64,000 nt of DNA from Scyliorhinus canicula (taxonomy: Eukaryota): contig NC_052158.1 of NCBI RefSeq assembly GCF_902713615.1, positions 39,113,729-39,177,728 of the forward strand. The letters are read 5' to 3'. This document shows positions 24,291 through 38,000 of the stretch, one piece after another. Every line of letters begins with the position of its first letter. The stretch's first letter is position 1. The translations under genes were made by a program, and so were the position numbers. The notes under the pieces are model-generated. The model saw only the letters and a list, made by a program, of their open reading frames with translations. It had not been told where the DNA came from and ran no database searches.

Positions 24291-24619
24291 TGACGCCCTG
24301 TGAAGTACAGCATTAGGCCGTTAGTAGATTCTACCCAAGATGGCAGCAATTCATTTTCTTTTTTAAAGTGTTTGTCACTGTCAGTTGTTAAGGGGTTTAG
24401 TTTAATGTTGGGGGGGGGGGGGGGTTAAGTTAATTTGTGCTTTTGATTGTTTGTTGTGTTCTTTTCCATTGTAACTTGAATGAATTGTTTTATATTATTT
24501 TGTTTAGAATGAAAAACATTTCAATAAACATCTTTAAAATAAAACCTGGCTAAGGTGAGCTTACAAGATCTTTAAGGTATAAAATTGTTGCCATTTTGGG
24601 ATTATCAATTCAGCTCCTG

Positions 24620-25010
24620 ATGTACTGCCACCCAGTGTGGAGAGGGGTGGGGAGGGAGGAGGACCTACTCCTGGGTCTGGCCAAACTCACCATGAACAGG
24701 TCCTTGCTGCAGGCGACAGGGGGTCATCCAGCCTGACCTCTCTGCTACATTCACGGCCGGGTGTACCTGGAGAGGAGCATGCGGTATTCACGGGCACCAT
24801 CAAGGCCTTTCATGCCCGCTGGGCACCGTACGGTCTGGGGTGCCTTATTGATCCTTTTCATCGCATTTCAGTTCAGTGTTTTAAATTTCATTTGTGATTT
24901 TTTTTTGTATAAGACACTATCTCTTTAAGTGCTGGTCATTTTAATTTGTCCCTCAGTTTATTGAATTTAGTTTATTCGGTTCAATCAAAGTAGTTGAGAT
25001 TTTCACTTCA
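24620..25010 (+). mobile_element. Tx1-like LINE 3' fragment
   Basis: Translates in pieces as LLLGLAKL..NRS and LEREHAV.TGTIKAFHARWAP.GLGCLID, typical of Tx1 ORF2 C-termini. T-rich 3' UTR follows. Confidence 0.6.
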
Positions 25011-25700
25011 CTTTTCGATTGATCAGCCGATGGAGTTGTGAGAAGCCTGTTGAATTGTTAAAGTTAAGCCTGGGAAGGGCATGGTGTTATGGGAGTCATT
25101 GGAAAAAGCTTCTAAACTTAACTGTTAAATGGTTCCGTACTGCTGAACAGGTTCTCCCCCAAGCTTCAGGAACACACTTTGCGGGATGGAGGGGGATTCT
25201 CAAAGGATTCTAAATCCTTCCTGTTGTGGCAAAAGTAGCATAATATAATAATCTTTATTGTCACAAGTAGGCGTACATTAACACTGCAATGAAGTTACTG
25301 AGGGAGGATGCAGAATGTTCAAATTACCGAACAGCACGTCTTGTGGGAGGAAACTGGAGCACCCGGAGGAAACCCATGCAGACACGGGGAGAACGAGCAG
25401 ACTCCCCACAGACAGTGATCGAAGTAGGGAATCAAACCTGGGACCCTGTGAAGTAACAGTGCTAACCACTGTGCGATGCATGGTGTGGTGGTGGGGGGCG
25501 GGTGAAATTCAAATTTTTCTTCTGTTCTTTATAGAAAAGGTGAACCTTACAGAGGAATCCGGGAAGGAGAGTTAAAATGGATGATTTATTGCCAAAGTAA
25601 AGTACAAACACTTAACAGTCTAGCCGGGGACCGCTCTCTAGCTCGGCTCCTACCTGGGACAGCTTTTATTGTCCAGAGCTAACTATCCCGCTGGTGGGCC

Positions 25701-25756
<56 letters not shown>

Positions 25757-26104
25757 AGTGGAGGAGCTCGTACTCCAGGCTCATTGGGAGATTAGTCAGG
25801 TCATTCCCATGGGTCTTGTGGGGGAAATTGCGCAGGGTTGTGGTTCAATGTGTTCCCCGACTAGGGAAGGAAGGTGTGGATTTAGGAATGTAGGGATAAC
25901 ACTGAAATTCCACCTCACGGCTTCACTTCTGACTAAACTCCAAGGCAAATGAGGGAGGAGAAAATCCAGCCCTCAAAATCTTCTCGAAAGACAGGGGCGC
26001 CACTACCGCTCCAGGTTACCCTCAGGGGTGAGGCTGCTAGTTCAGTGACAACTTGGGCCACTCGGCTTCAGGACTTCAAACCAGCAAAAGCCTCTCTCTC
26101 CCCT

Positions 26105-26481
26105 TGTGGTGTTCGTGTGTTGCTTATTTAGGATGGTTGGCGTAGTGGTCCACAAAGACCACAGTATAGCTTTTACTTAAACAAAGCTATGATTTTATTT
26201 GCACGACAACTGGGTTTCGACACTTAGTCTTTTAGAATACAGAATTGATCAATAACATCTAACTACACTTATCTACTGCTAATCTTACTATTGGTATAAA
26301 CTATAATCTAACCTTCCTCACTTTAACTGCTCTTATGACCTTCACGAGCTACCTCCTGCATACACTCCTCCCCTAAGGTCTGGCATCACTGCTTTATAGA
26401 GTTGTATCTGCAGCTCCCTCTAGTGGCTACTCTCGACACTACATTAACCCTTGTAATGCTGATAGTTGTGATAATACCACA
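26105..26481 (-). mobile_element. Solo LTR (377 bp)
   Basis: Terminal inverted hexamers TGTGGT...ACCACA and a 5-bp TSD CCCCT (26100-26104 / 26482-26486). AATAAA and TATA-like motifs on the minus strand. Confidence 0.75.
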
Positions 26482-27940
26482 CCCCTGACCGAGAGGGATC
26501 CAGTGAGCAACAAAATAAACGAGGGTCGATACTCAGTTTGAGGTGTTAGAGTCAATTCAGAGTTTTAAAACTCTGGAAATAATTTTGAAATCCGCATGGA
26601 ACTATTTACTCTTTTCAGTTGTGTACGCCAGTCTCCTAACAAATTGAATCTTTTTTTTGATTATGTAGAAACATCTGAAACATGTTGAGTCGTGCCTGTG
26701 CGTGATTCAGAGATTTTCATTCCTGTTACAGTAACATTCAGAGTGTGCAGAGATGGCTCTATGGTGCTGGTCCCACTGATTTCACCAAGTAGAAAGTCTC
26801 CTCTCTTATTGAACCCAGTGGCTTATTTTGCAAATCAATTTCAGGGATAACCTGAGTCTTTGGGCATGAAAGAGTTAATGTATTACAGTGCAGGAAAATA
26901 TGGCACCAAAATCAAACAATATCGACAATTGATGCACCGTTGAGAATTGCTTCGACATTAATCAGAAAATCTTCTGACTAACAAAGTCCTTCCCATCATC
27001 TGCGAACACTGGCCCAGCTCAGGCTAACCCCTGAACAAAAGCTTTCAGTCTGCCCGCTCAGCGTGAGCCAAAGTCCTCTTAAGTGTCTCGTTGCTACGAG
27101 TTGTGTTGGACAAAGTCAGGAGTAAGCTTACGTCAACCTTCAACATGACCTGCTTTGGCGTGTTTTTCCCTCTTACTATGCCTTTGTGTGACTCCAGGTC
27201 AGTGAACAGACAAACAATAATGAAAGTGTGGAATTCCTGGGTCATTACGTATCTTCGAGGCTGAGATAGACAGATTTTTAATCAGTAAGGGAATCAAGGC
27301 TTATGATGATAAGGCGGAAAAATGGAGTTGGGATTTGTATCAGATCAGCCATGATCCCATTGAATGGCTGGGGAGACTTGATGGGCCGAGTGGCCTACTT
27401 CTGCTCCGATGTCTTGAGGTCTTATGGGATCCCATTACCCCAGTGACAGCGAATGTCCCGGCTGGAATTTTGGACATAGATCCCGGACGTGGAGAGAACA
27501 GCACAGCCTCTCCCAGCAGAATGACCAGTGAAATCAGATCGGATAACTGGGGGAGAGGAGACAGGTGCTCACACAGGGACCTCTCTGATCAGATCTTTAC
27601 AGGAAGTTGGGGGTGAGCGGAGATGTGTATTTGTGTGGCTGATGGGAATAGGGAAAATCCAGGAATATGGACGTACAGCTGGTTGGGTGGTGGCGGATCT
27701 TGGCAGTGGTCAGGTGGTACGGTTGGCGCAAAATTTGTTTGTGGTGGGGGGTGGGTAACAGGCATTGGAATTGCTGCTCCTCCGACAATGACAAAGAAAA
27801 AATACACTTCCTGCTTGATCCGGCTATTCCCAACCTCATTCCGTGCCCAGCTATCCCACACGCTGGACACCAAGCCAGAGAGATGAATTTCCGACAGATT
27901 GCTATTGGCACTGTGAAAGTGAGACATTGAGAAATCAAGT

Positions 27941-28256
27941 TGATGAGACCATCAATTCACGCGACACGTGGTTAGAAGCAAACTGTGGTTTTAATCGTCT
28001 TACAACAGAGCCTGCCTGTGACGAGATGAACTCTAGATGAACTGGCAGGCAGGCTCCGACTGCCAAGCTTTATACAACCAGTGGCGGGGGAGGAGTCATG
28101 GGCGGAGCCAAGAGTGGAGCCCAGTACAAACTTCCGTACATTCCCAGTACACCTCCCCCTAGGGGCAGAGCCGCGCAACTGCTCGTGTGCCGAGCTTACA
28201 GAGGCATGGTACAGCATGTGTGATAACAGTGAATTAAGATATTATGATTCACCACA
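27941..28256 (-). mobile_element. Solo LTR related to Gypsy A (316 bp)
   Basis: TGATGAGACCATCAATTCAC...TTCACCACA is homologous to the Gypsy A LTRs; 5-bp TSD CAAGT (27936-27940 / 28257-28261). Confidence 0.88.
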
Positions 28257-28486
28257 CAAGTATCCCACCATTGCTAAAACACATTAATGATGGGCGGGGG
28301 AGGGGGGGGGGGGGGTCAGGTTTCGTGACATCTTAGTTTTCCCCTTATACACAAAGCCCTTATCCTTCTCCTCCCTTTGTGGGCGAAGGGTGGGGGTCAA
28401 ATAATTACCCCATTTCACTCCATAGTCTGACAAAACATTTCAGAAATCTATGGCTCAAAGTGACTCAGTTTAAGAGGAACAGGACA

Positions 28487-28970
28487 TCACAGAACATAAG
28501 GGAAGAGTTTCTCAGTGAAGGTGTCAGTGAAAGTGTGGAGAACGGACATGTCATCAGCATTGTAAAAGGTCACCTGTCCTCCCTCATAGTCTGGGAAAAC
28601 TCAGATGTTCCTGGGATTCACACTCAGGATTAGGGGGACTGATGATCTTTCGCCAGCTTCCAATTTATTCCCATTTCTCAGCCACACTGCCCAGTAACCA
28701 TTGCTAAGACCCAGTCTTATTGCTCCCTTCCTATTGGCTGACTCTCTGGCCACACCCATCTCCCAATCAGTCTTGTCCCCGAGCTCCACCTCTCAGTAAT
28801 GTTTTCCTGATGTGAATCCCTCTGATCCCAGGACACACCGACACATGTCAAATTTCTCCGGAATATCAGGAATCTGTGATTTTGTATCGCTATATCTCAG
28901 TTGGACAGATCCTCAGACAGGACGAGGTGATGATGCGCTGTGTTTGGGTCCAGGGGAGGTGAGGCTGGAA
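28487..28970 (-). pseudogene. PRY-SPRY (B30.2) terminal exon of a TRIM/butyrophilin-type gene, pseudogenised
   Basis: Acceptor TTTCCCCAG| at 28971-28972. Translation LDPNTAHHHLVLSEDL-(1-nt frameshift)-LRYSD...[37 protein letters not shown]...GYW...[17 protein letters not shown] has two nonsense codons (one at 28793-28795) and a frameshift. Confidence 0.9.
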
Positions 28971-29044
28971 CTGGGGAAATTTAAAGAGACATCTTGTTAA
29001 ATATTTTAGACAATGGAAGGTGGGTGGATACAGGTTAACAGCCT

Positions 29045-32000
29045 GGGCCAGATTCTCAGTTTCTGAGTCTAATTGTTGACGCCAAAGGAGAATCCGTGGA
29101 CTTCCACGTCAGAAATATCAGCGCCACACCTGCACTGATTCTGCTACCGGTGAGGGGCTAGCACCGGGACCGCGTGGAACACCATCAAAACCCATGAAAA
29201 ACAGTGCGGGAATCGCCGGGTCCGTGATGGACAAGCTGCAGCTGTGCTTGAGCAATACTCCCCCCCCACGCCCCCCACACACACTGATCAGGGCCGAAAA
29301 GATGGGACAGATTGTGCTGGAGCACCCATACAGCTGATGGGTCGGCTGGGGCTAGAGGGCACACAAGGGGGTGCACCCTGGGGGTGGGGGGCAGGGTCAC
29401 CTATACAACCCAGGGCAGCAGGTTTAAAGGGGGCTGTCAGCGACATGCGCAGCTGCATGGCTGCCTTGCCGGCTGCGGTGATGGTGTTGCGTACCCGTCC
29501 ACCCCGTTCCCACAGCCCACCTGCTGCCCCCCACCCCAGGACTGGCAGAAACCCCCCCCCCCGGCCAGCGGCACGGATATCGGTGAAGTATGGCGGTGCT
29601 GGACACTGTCTGTACGCCCTCTCTCTCTCTCAGCAGCCACCACACCAGGTTCACGATTTGTGAGAGCACACAGCCCTTCGGAGGCGGAGAATTGCGGGTG
29701 GGCCCACTAATGATATATGAACGCTGTTTCAACTGCGTGCTGTGTGCGGCGCAGAGAGGAGGAGCATTGCGATTCAGTGCCAAATCGGCACCTGCCGCGA
29801 TTTCGGCATCGGTAGCTATTCTCGGCCTGCTCGCACGCCCCGATTTCGGCATCGGTAGCTATTCTCGGCCTGCTCGCACGCCCCGATTTCGGCATCGGTA
29901 GCTATTCTCCGCCTGCTCGCACGCCCCGATTGCGGTATCGGTAGCTATTCTCCGCCTGCTCGCACGCCCCGATTTCGGCATCGGTAGCTATTCTCCGCCT
30001 GCTCGCACGCCCCGATTTCGGCATCGGGAGCTATTCTCCGCCTGCTCGCACGCCCCGATTTCGGCATCGGGAGCTATTCTCCGCCTGCTCGCACGCCCCG
30101 ATTTCGGCATCGGTAGCTATTCTCCGCCTGCTCGCACGCCCCGATTTCGGCATCGGTAGCTATTCTCCGCCTGCTCGCACGCCCCGATTTCGGCATCGGG
30201 AGCTATTCTCCGCCTGCTCGCACGCCCCGATTTCGGCATCGGTAGCTATTCTCCGCCTGCTCGCACGCCCCGATTTCGGCATCGGGAGCTATTCTCCGCC
30301 TGCTCGCACGCCCCGATTTCGGCATCGGGAGCTATTCTCCGCCTGCTCGCACGCCCCGATTTCGGCATCGGGAGCTATTCTCCGCCTGCTCGCACGCCCC
30401 GATTTCGGCATCGGTAGCTATTCTCCGCCGGCTCGCACGCCCCGATTTCGGCATCGGGAGCTATTCTCCGCCTGCTCGCACGCCCCGATTTCGGCATCGG
30501 GAGCTATTCTCCGCCTGCTCGCACGCCCCGATTTCGGCATCGGTAGCTATTCTCCGCCTGCTCGCACGCCCCGATTTCGGCATCGGTAGCTATTCTCCGC
30601 CTGCTCGCACGCCCCGATTTCGGCATCGGGAGCTATTCTCCGCCTGCTCGCACGCCCCGATTTCGGCATCGGTAGCTATTCTCCGCCTGCTCGCACGCCC
30701 CGATTTCGGCATCGGGAGCTATTCTCCGCCTGCTCGCACGCCCCGATTTCGGCATCGGGAGCTATTCTCCGCCTGCTCGCACGCCCCGATTTCGGCATCG
30801 GGAGCTATTCTCCGCCTGCTCGCACGCCCCGATTTCGGCATCGGGAGCTATTCTCCGCCTGCTCGCACGCCCCGATTTCGGCATCGGTAGCTATTCTCCG
30901 CCTGCTCGCACGCCCCGATTTCGGCATCGGGAGCTATTCTCCGCCTGCTCGCACGCCCCGATTTCGGCATCGGTAGCTATTCTCCGCCTGCTCGCACGCC
31001 CCGATTTCGGCATCGGGAGCTATTCTCCGCCTGCTCGCACGCCCCGATTTCGGCATCGGTAGCTATTCTCCGCCTGCTCGCACGCCCCGATTTCGGCATC
31101 GGGAGCTATTCTCCGCCTGCTCGCACGCCCCGATTTCGGCATCGGGAGCTATTCTCCGCCTGCTCGCACGCCCCGATTTCGGCATCGGTAGCTATTCTCC
31201 GCCTGCTCGCACGCCCCGATTTCGGCATCGGTAGCTATTCTCCGCCTGCTCGCACGCCCCGATTTCGGCATCGGTAGCTATTCTCCGCCTGCTCGCACGC
31301 CCCGATTTCGGCATCGGTAGCTATTCTCCGCCTGCTCGCACGCCCCGATTTCGGCATCGGTAGCTATTCTCCGCCTGCTCGCACGCCCCGATTTCGGCAT
31401 CGGTAGCTATTCTCCGCCTGCTCGCACGCCCCGATTTCGGCATCGGTAGCTATTCTCCGCCTGCTCGCACGCCCCGATTTCGGCATCGGTAGCTATTCTC
31501 CGCCTGCTCGCACGCCCCGATTTCGGCATCGGGAGCTATTCTCCGCCTGCTCGCACGCCCCGATTTCGGCATCGGGAGCTATTCTCCGCCTGCTCGCACG
31601 CCCCGATTTCGGCATCGGTAGCTATTCTCCGCCTGCTCGCACGCCCCGATTTCGGCATCGGGAGCTATTCTCCGCCTGCTCGCACGCCCCGATTTCGGCA
31701 TCGGTAGCTATTCTCCGCCTGCTCGCACGCCCCGATTTCGGCATCGGTAGCTATTCTCCGCCTGCTCGCACGCCCCGATTTCGGCATCGGGAGCTATTCT
31801 CCGCCTGCTCGCACGCCCCGATTTCGGCATCGGGAGCTATTCTCCGCCTGCTCGCACGCCCCGATTTCGGCATCGGGAGCTATTCTCCGCCTGCTCGCAC
31901 GCCCCGATTTCGGCATCGGTAGCTATTCTCCGCCTGCTCGCACGCCCCGATTTCAGCATCGGGAGCTATTCTCCGCCTGCTCGCACGCCCCGATTTCGGC

Positions 32001-35000
32001 ATCGGGAGCTATTCTCCGCCTGCTCGCACGCCCCGATTTCGGCATCGGTAGCTATTCTCCGCCTGCTCGCACGCCCCGATTTCGGCATCGGGAGCTATTC
32101 TCCGCCTGCTCGCACGCCCCGATTTCGGCATCGGTAGCTATTCTCCGCCTGCTCGCACGCCCCGATTTCGGCATCGGTAGCTATTCTCCGCCTGCTCGCA
32201 CGCCCCGATTTCGGCATCGGGAGCTATTCTCCGCCTGCTCGCACGCCCCGATTTCGGCATCGGGAGCTATTCTCCGCCTGCTCGCACGCCCCGATTTCGG
32301 CATCGGGAGCTATTCTCCGCCTGCTCGCACGCCCCGATTTCGGCATCGGGAGCTATTCTCCGCCTGCTCGCACGCCCCGATTTCGGCATCGGGAGCTATT
32401 CTCCGCCTGCTCGCACGCCCCGATTTCGGCATCGGTAGCTATTCTCCGCCTGCTCGCACGCCCCGATTTCGGCATCGGTAGCTATTCTCCGCCTGCTCGC
32501 ACGCCCCGATTTCGGCATCGGGAGCTATTCTCCGCCTGCTCGCACGCCCCGATTTCGGCATCGGGAGCTATTCTCCGCCTGCTCGCACGCCCCGATTTCG
32601 GCATCGGGAGCTATTCTCCGCCTGCTCCACGCCCCGATTTCGGCATCGGGAGCTATTCTCCGCCTGCTCGCACGCCCCGATTTCGGCATCGGGAGCTATT
32701 CTCCGCCTGCTCGCACGCCCCGATTTCGGCATCGGGAGCTATTCTCCGCCTGCTCGCACGCCCCGATTTCGGCATCGGTAGCTATTCTCCGCCTGCTCGC
32801 ACGCCCCGATTTCGGCATCGGGAGCTATTCTCCGCCTGCTCGCACGCCCCGATTTCGGCATCGGGAGCTATTCTCCGCCTGCTCGCACGCCCCGATTTCG
32901 GCATCGGTAGCTATTCTCCGCCTGCTCGCACGCCCCGATTTCGGCATCGGTAGCTATTCTCCGCCTGCTCGCACGCCCCGATTTCAGCATCGGTAGCTAT
33001 TCTCCGCCTGCTCGCACGCCCCGATTTCGGCATCGGTAGCTATTCTCCGCCTGCTCGCACGCCCCGATTTCGGCATCGGTAGCTATTCTCCGCCTGCTCG
33101 CACGCCCCGATTTCGGCATCGGGAGCTATTCTCCGCCTGCTCGCACGCCCCGATTTCGGCATCGGTAGCTATTCTCCGCCTGCTCGCACGCCCGATTTCG
33201 GCATCGGTAGCTATTCTCCGCCTGCTCGCACGCCCCGATTTCGGCATCGGGAGCTATTCTCCGCCTGCTCGCACGCCCCGATTTCGGCATCGGTAGCTAT
33301 TCTCCGCCTGCTCGCACGCCCCGATTTCGGCATCGGGAGCTATTCTCCGCCTGCTCGCACGCCCCGATTTCGGCATCGGGAGCTATTCTCCGCCTGCTCG
33401 CACGCCCCGATTTCGGCATCGGAGCTATTCTCCGCCTGCTCGCACGCCCCGATTTCGGCATCGGTAGCTATTCTCCGCCTGCTCGCACGCCCCGATTTCG
33501 GCATCGGGAGCTATTCTCCGCCTGCTCGCACGCCCCGATTTCGGCATCGGTAGCTATTCTCCGCCTGCTCGCACGCCCCGATTTCGGCATCGGGAGCTAT
33601 TCTCCGCCTGCTCGCACGCCCCGATTTCAGCATCGGTAGCTATTCTCCGCCTGCTCGCACGCCCCGATTTCGGCATCGGGAGCTATTCTCCGCCTGCTCG
33701 CACGCCCCGATTTCGGCATCGGGAGCTATTCTCCGCCTGCTCGCACGCCCCGATTTCGGCATCGGGAGCTATTCTCCGCCTGCTCGCACGCCCCGATTTC
33801 GGCATCGGTAGCTATTCTCCGCCTGCTCGCACGCCCCGATTTCGGCATCGGGAGCTATTCTCCGCCTGCTCGCACGCCCCGATTTCGGCATCGGGAGCTA
33901 TTCTCCGCCTGCTCGCACGCCCCGATTTCGGCATCGGGAGCTATTCTCCGCCTGCTCGCACGCCCCGATTTCAGCATCGGTAGCTATTCTCCGCCTGCTC
34001 GCACGCCCCGATTTCGGCATCGGGAGCTATTCTCCGCCTGCTCGCACGCCCCGATTTCGGCATCGGGAGCTATTCTCCGCCTGCTCGCACGCCCCGATTT
34101 CGGCATCGGGAGCTATTCTCCGCCTGCTCGCACGCCCCGATTTCGGCATCGGGAGCTATTCTCCGCCTGCTCGCACGCCCCGATTTCGGCATCGGTAGCT
34201 ATTCTCCGCCTGCTCGCACGCCCCGATTGCGGTATCGGTAGCTATTCTCCGCCTGCTCGCACGCCCCGATTTCGGCATCGGGAGCTATTCTCCGCCTGCT
34301 CGCACGCCCCGATTTCGGCATCGGGAGCTATTCTCCGCCTGCTCGCACGCCCCGATTTCGGCATCGGGAGCTATTCTCCGCCTGCTCGCACGCCCCGATT
34401 TCGGCATCGGTAGCTATTCTCCGCCTGCTCGCACGCCCCGATTTCGGCATCGGGAGCTATTCTCCGCCTGCTCGCACGCCCCGATTTCGGCATCGGGAGC
34501 TATTCTCCGCCTGCTCGCACGCCCCGATTTCGGCATCGGGAGCTATTCTCCGCCTGCTCGCACGCCCCGATTTCAGCATCGGGAGCTATTCTCCGCCTGC
34601 TCGCACGCCCCGATTTCGGCATCGGGAGCTATTCTCCGCCTGCTCGCACGCCCCGATTTCGGCATCGGGAGCTATTCTCCGCCTGCTCGCACGCCCCGAT
34701 TTCGGCATCGGTAGCTATTCTCCGCCTGCTCGCACGCCCCGATTTCGGCATCGGGAGCTATTCTCCGCCTGCTCGCACGCCCCGATTTCGGCATCGGGAG
34801 CTATTCTCCGCCTGCTCGCACGCCCCGATTTCGGCATCGGTAGCTATTCTCCGCCTGCTCGCACGCCCCGATTTCGGCATCGGTAGCTATTCTCCGCCTG
34901 CTCGCACGCCCCGATTTCGGCATCGGGAGCTATTCTCCGCCTGCTCGCACGCCCCGATTTCGGCATCGGGAGCTATTCTCCGCCTGCTCGCACGCCCCGA

Positions 35001-38000
35001 TTTCGGCATCGGTAGCTATTCTCCGCCTGCTCGCACGCCCCGATTTCGGCATCGGGAGCTATTCTCCGCCTGCTCGCACGCCCCGATTTCGGCATCGGGA
35101 GCTATTCTCCGCCTGCTCGCACGCCCCGATTTCGGCATCGGGAGCTATTCTCCGCCTGCTCGCACGCCCCGATTTCGGCATCGGTAGCTATTCTCCGCCT
35201 GCTCGCACGCCCCGATTGCGGTATCGGTAGCTATTCTCCGCCTGCTCGCACGCCCCGATTTCGGCATCGGGAGCTATTCTCCGCCTGCTCGCACGCCCCG
35301 ATTTCGGCATCGGTAGCTATTCTCCGCCTGCTCGCACGCCCCGATTTCGGCATCGGTAGCTATTCTCCGCCTGCTCGCACGCCCCGATTTCGGCATCGGG
35401 AGCTATTCTCCGCCTGCTCGCACGCCCCGATTTCGGCATCGGTAGCTATTCTCCGCCTGCTCGCACGCCCCGATTTCGGCATCGGGAGCTATTCTCCGCC
35501 TGCTCGCACGCCCCGATTTCGGCATCGGTAGCTATTCTCCGCCTGCTCGCACGCCCCGATTTCGGCATCGGGAGCTATTCTCCGCCTGCTCGCACGCCCC
35601 GATTTCGGCATCGGGAGCTATTCTCCGCCTGCTCGCACGCCCCGATTTCGGCATCGGTAGCTATTCTCCGCCTGCTCGCACGCCCCGATTTAGGCATCGG
35701 TAGCTATTCTCCGCCTGCTCGCACGCCCCGATTTCGGCATCGGTAGCTATTCTCCGCCTGCTCGCACGCCCCGATTTCGGCATCGGTAGCTATTCTCCGC
35801 CTGCTCGCACGCCCCGATTTCGGCATCGGTAGCTATTCTCCGCCTGCTCGCACGCCCCGATTTCGGCATCGGGAGCTATTCTCCGCCTGCTCGCACGCCC
35901 CGATTTCGGCATCGGTAGCTATTCTCCGCCTGCTCGCACGCCCCGATTTCGGCATCGGTAGCTATTCTCCGCCTGCTCGCACGCCCCGATTTCGGCATCG
36001 GTAGCTATTCTCCGCCTGCTCGCACGCCCCGATTTCGGCATCGGGAGCTATTCTCCGCCTGCTCGCACGCCCCGATTTCGGCATCGGGAGCTATTCTCCG
36101 CCTGCTCGCACGCCCCGATTTCGGCATCGGGAGCTATTCTCCGCCTGCTCGCACGCCCCGATTTCGGCATCGGTAGCTATTCTCCGCCTGCTCGCACGCC
36201 CCGATTTCGGCATCGGTAGCTATTCTCCGCCTGCTCGCACGCCCCGATTTCGGCATCGGTAGCTATTCTCCGCCTGCTCGCACGCCCCGATTTCGGCATC
36301 GGGAGCTATTCTCCGCCTGCTCGCACGCCCCGATTTCGGCATCGGGAGCTATTCTCCGCCTGCTCGCACGCCCCGATTTCGGCATCGGGAGCTATTCTCC
36401 GCCTGCTCGCTCGCCCCGATTTCGGCATCGGGAGCTATTCTCCGCCTGCTCGCACGCCCCGATTTCGGCATCGGGAGCTATTCTCCGCCTGCTCGCACGC
36501 CCCGATTTCGGCATCGGGAGCTATTCTCCGCCTGCTCGCACGCCCCGATTTCGGCATCGGTAGCTATTCTCCGCCTGCTCGCACGCCCCGATTTCGGCAT
36601 CGGTAGCTATTCTCCGCCTGCTCGCACGCCCCGATTTCGGCATCGGTAGCTATTCTCCGCCTGCTCGCACGCCCCGATTTCGGCATCGGTAGCTATTCTC
36701 CGCCTGCTCGCACGCCCCGATTTCGGCATCGGGAGCTATTCTCCGCCTGCTCGCACGCCCCGATTTCGGCATCGGTAGCTATTCTCCGCCTGCTCGCACG
36801 CCCCGATTTCGGCATCGGGAGCTATTCTCCGCCTGCTCGCACGCCCCGATTTCGGCATCGGGAGCTATTCTCCGCCTGCTCGCACGCCCCGATTTCGGCA
36901 TCGGTAGCTATTCTCCGCCTGCTCGCACGCCCCGATTTCAGCATCGGTAGCTATTCTCCGCCTGCTCGCACGCCCCGATTTCGGCATCGGGAGCTATTCT
37001 CCGCCTGCTCGCACGCCCCGATTTCGGCATCGGGAGCTATTCTCCGCCTGCTCGCACGCCCCGATTTCGGCATCGGGAGCTATTCTCCGCCTGCTCGCAC
37101 GCCCCGATTTCGGCATCGGGAGCTATTCTCCGCCTGCTCGCACGCCCCGATTTCGGCATCGGTAGCTATTCTCCGCCTGCTCGCACGCCCCGATTTCGGC
37201 ATCGGGAGCTATTCTCCGCCTGCTCGCACGCCCCGATTTCGGCATCGGTAGCTATTCTCCGCCTGCTCGCACGCCCCGATTTCGGCATCGGGAGCTATTC
37301 TCCGCCTGCTCGCACGCCCCGATTTCAGCATCGGGAGCTATTCTCCGCCTGCTCGCACGCCCCGATTTCGGCATCGGGAGCTATTCTCCGCCTGCTCGCA
37401 CGCCCCGATTTCGGCATCGGGAGCTATTCTCCGCCTGCTCGCACGCCCCGATTTCGGCATCGGTAGCTATTCTCCGCCTGCTCGCACGCCCCGATTTCGG
37501 CATCGGTAGCTATTCTCCGCCTGCTCGCACGCCCCGATTTCGGCATCGGGAGCTATTCTCCGCCTGCTCGCACGCCCCGATTTCGGCATCGGGAGCTATT
37601 CTCCGCCTGCTCGCACGCCCCGATTTCGGCATCGGGAGCTATTCTCCGCCTGCTCGCACGCCCCGATTTCGGCATCGGGAGCTATTCTCCGCCTGCTCGC
37701 ACGCCCCGATTTCGGCATCGGGAGCTATTCTCCGCCTGCTCGCACGCCCCGATTTCGGCATCGGTAGCTATTCTCCGCCTGCTCGCACGCCCCGATTTCG
37801 GCATCGGGAGCTATTCTCCGCCTGCTCGCACGCCCCGATTTCGGCATCGGTAGCTATTCTCCGCCTGCTCGCACGCCCCGATTTCGGCATCGGGAGCTAT
37901 TCTCCGCCTGCTCGCACGCCCCGATTTCGGCATCGGGAGCTATTCTCCGCCTGCTCGCACGCCCCGATTTCGGCATCGGGAGCTATTCTCCGCCTGCTCG

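Larger units (their letters stand above)
10800..24545 (+). mobile_element. Old fragmented L1 (copy C) that is the substrate for nested insertions
   Basis: Colinear ORF2 remnants: LWEALKVVIRG (about 11520), SLILKKAK|DSPECGSYRPISLLN (12750/13365), GFIKGQQLSANVR (13490), GVEQRVSLYTDD (22025), YRLNLDKSEYFP (23100), CxxC...H...C (23295), LIVRRRVL (23690), then AATAAA/A-rich end at about 24525-24545. Confidence 0.8.

Noticed and set aside
23053-25893. Poly-proline ORFs
   Set aside because: They are translations of C homopolymers.
27490-27930. Host-gene exon
   Set aside because: No clean splice context; the weak YTSPLT similarity suggests a degraded Penelope-like fragment, too uncertain to annotate.
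28793-28795. Selenocysteine or readthrough at TGA codons in the B30.2 exon
   Set aside because: The TGAs replace a conserved Trp and a Gly/Arg-type position and co-occur with a frameshift, so ordinary pseudogenisation explains them.
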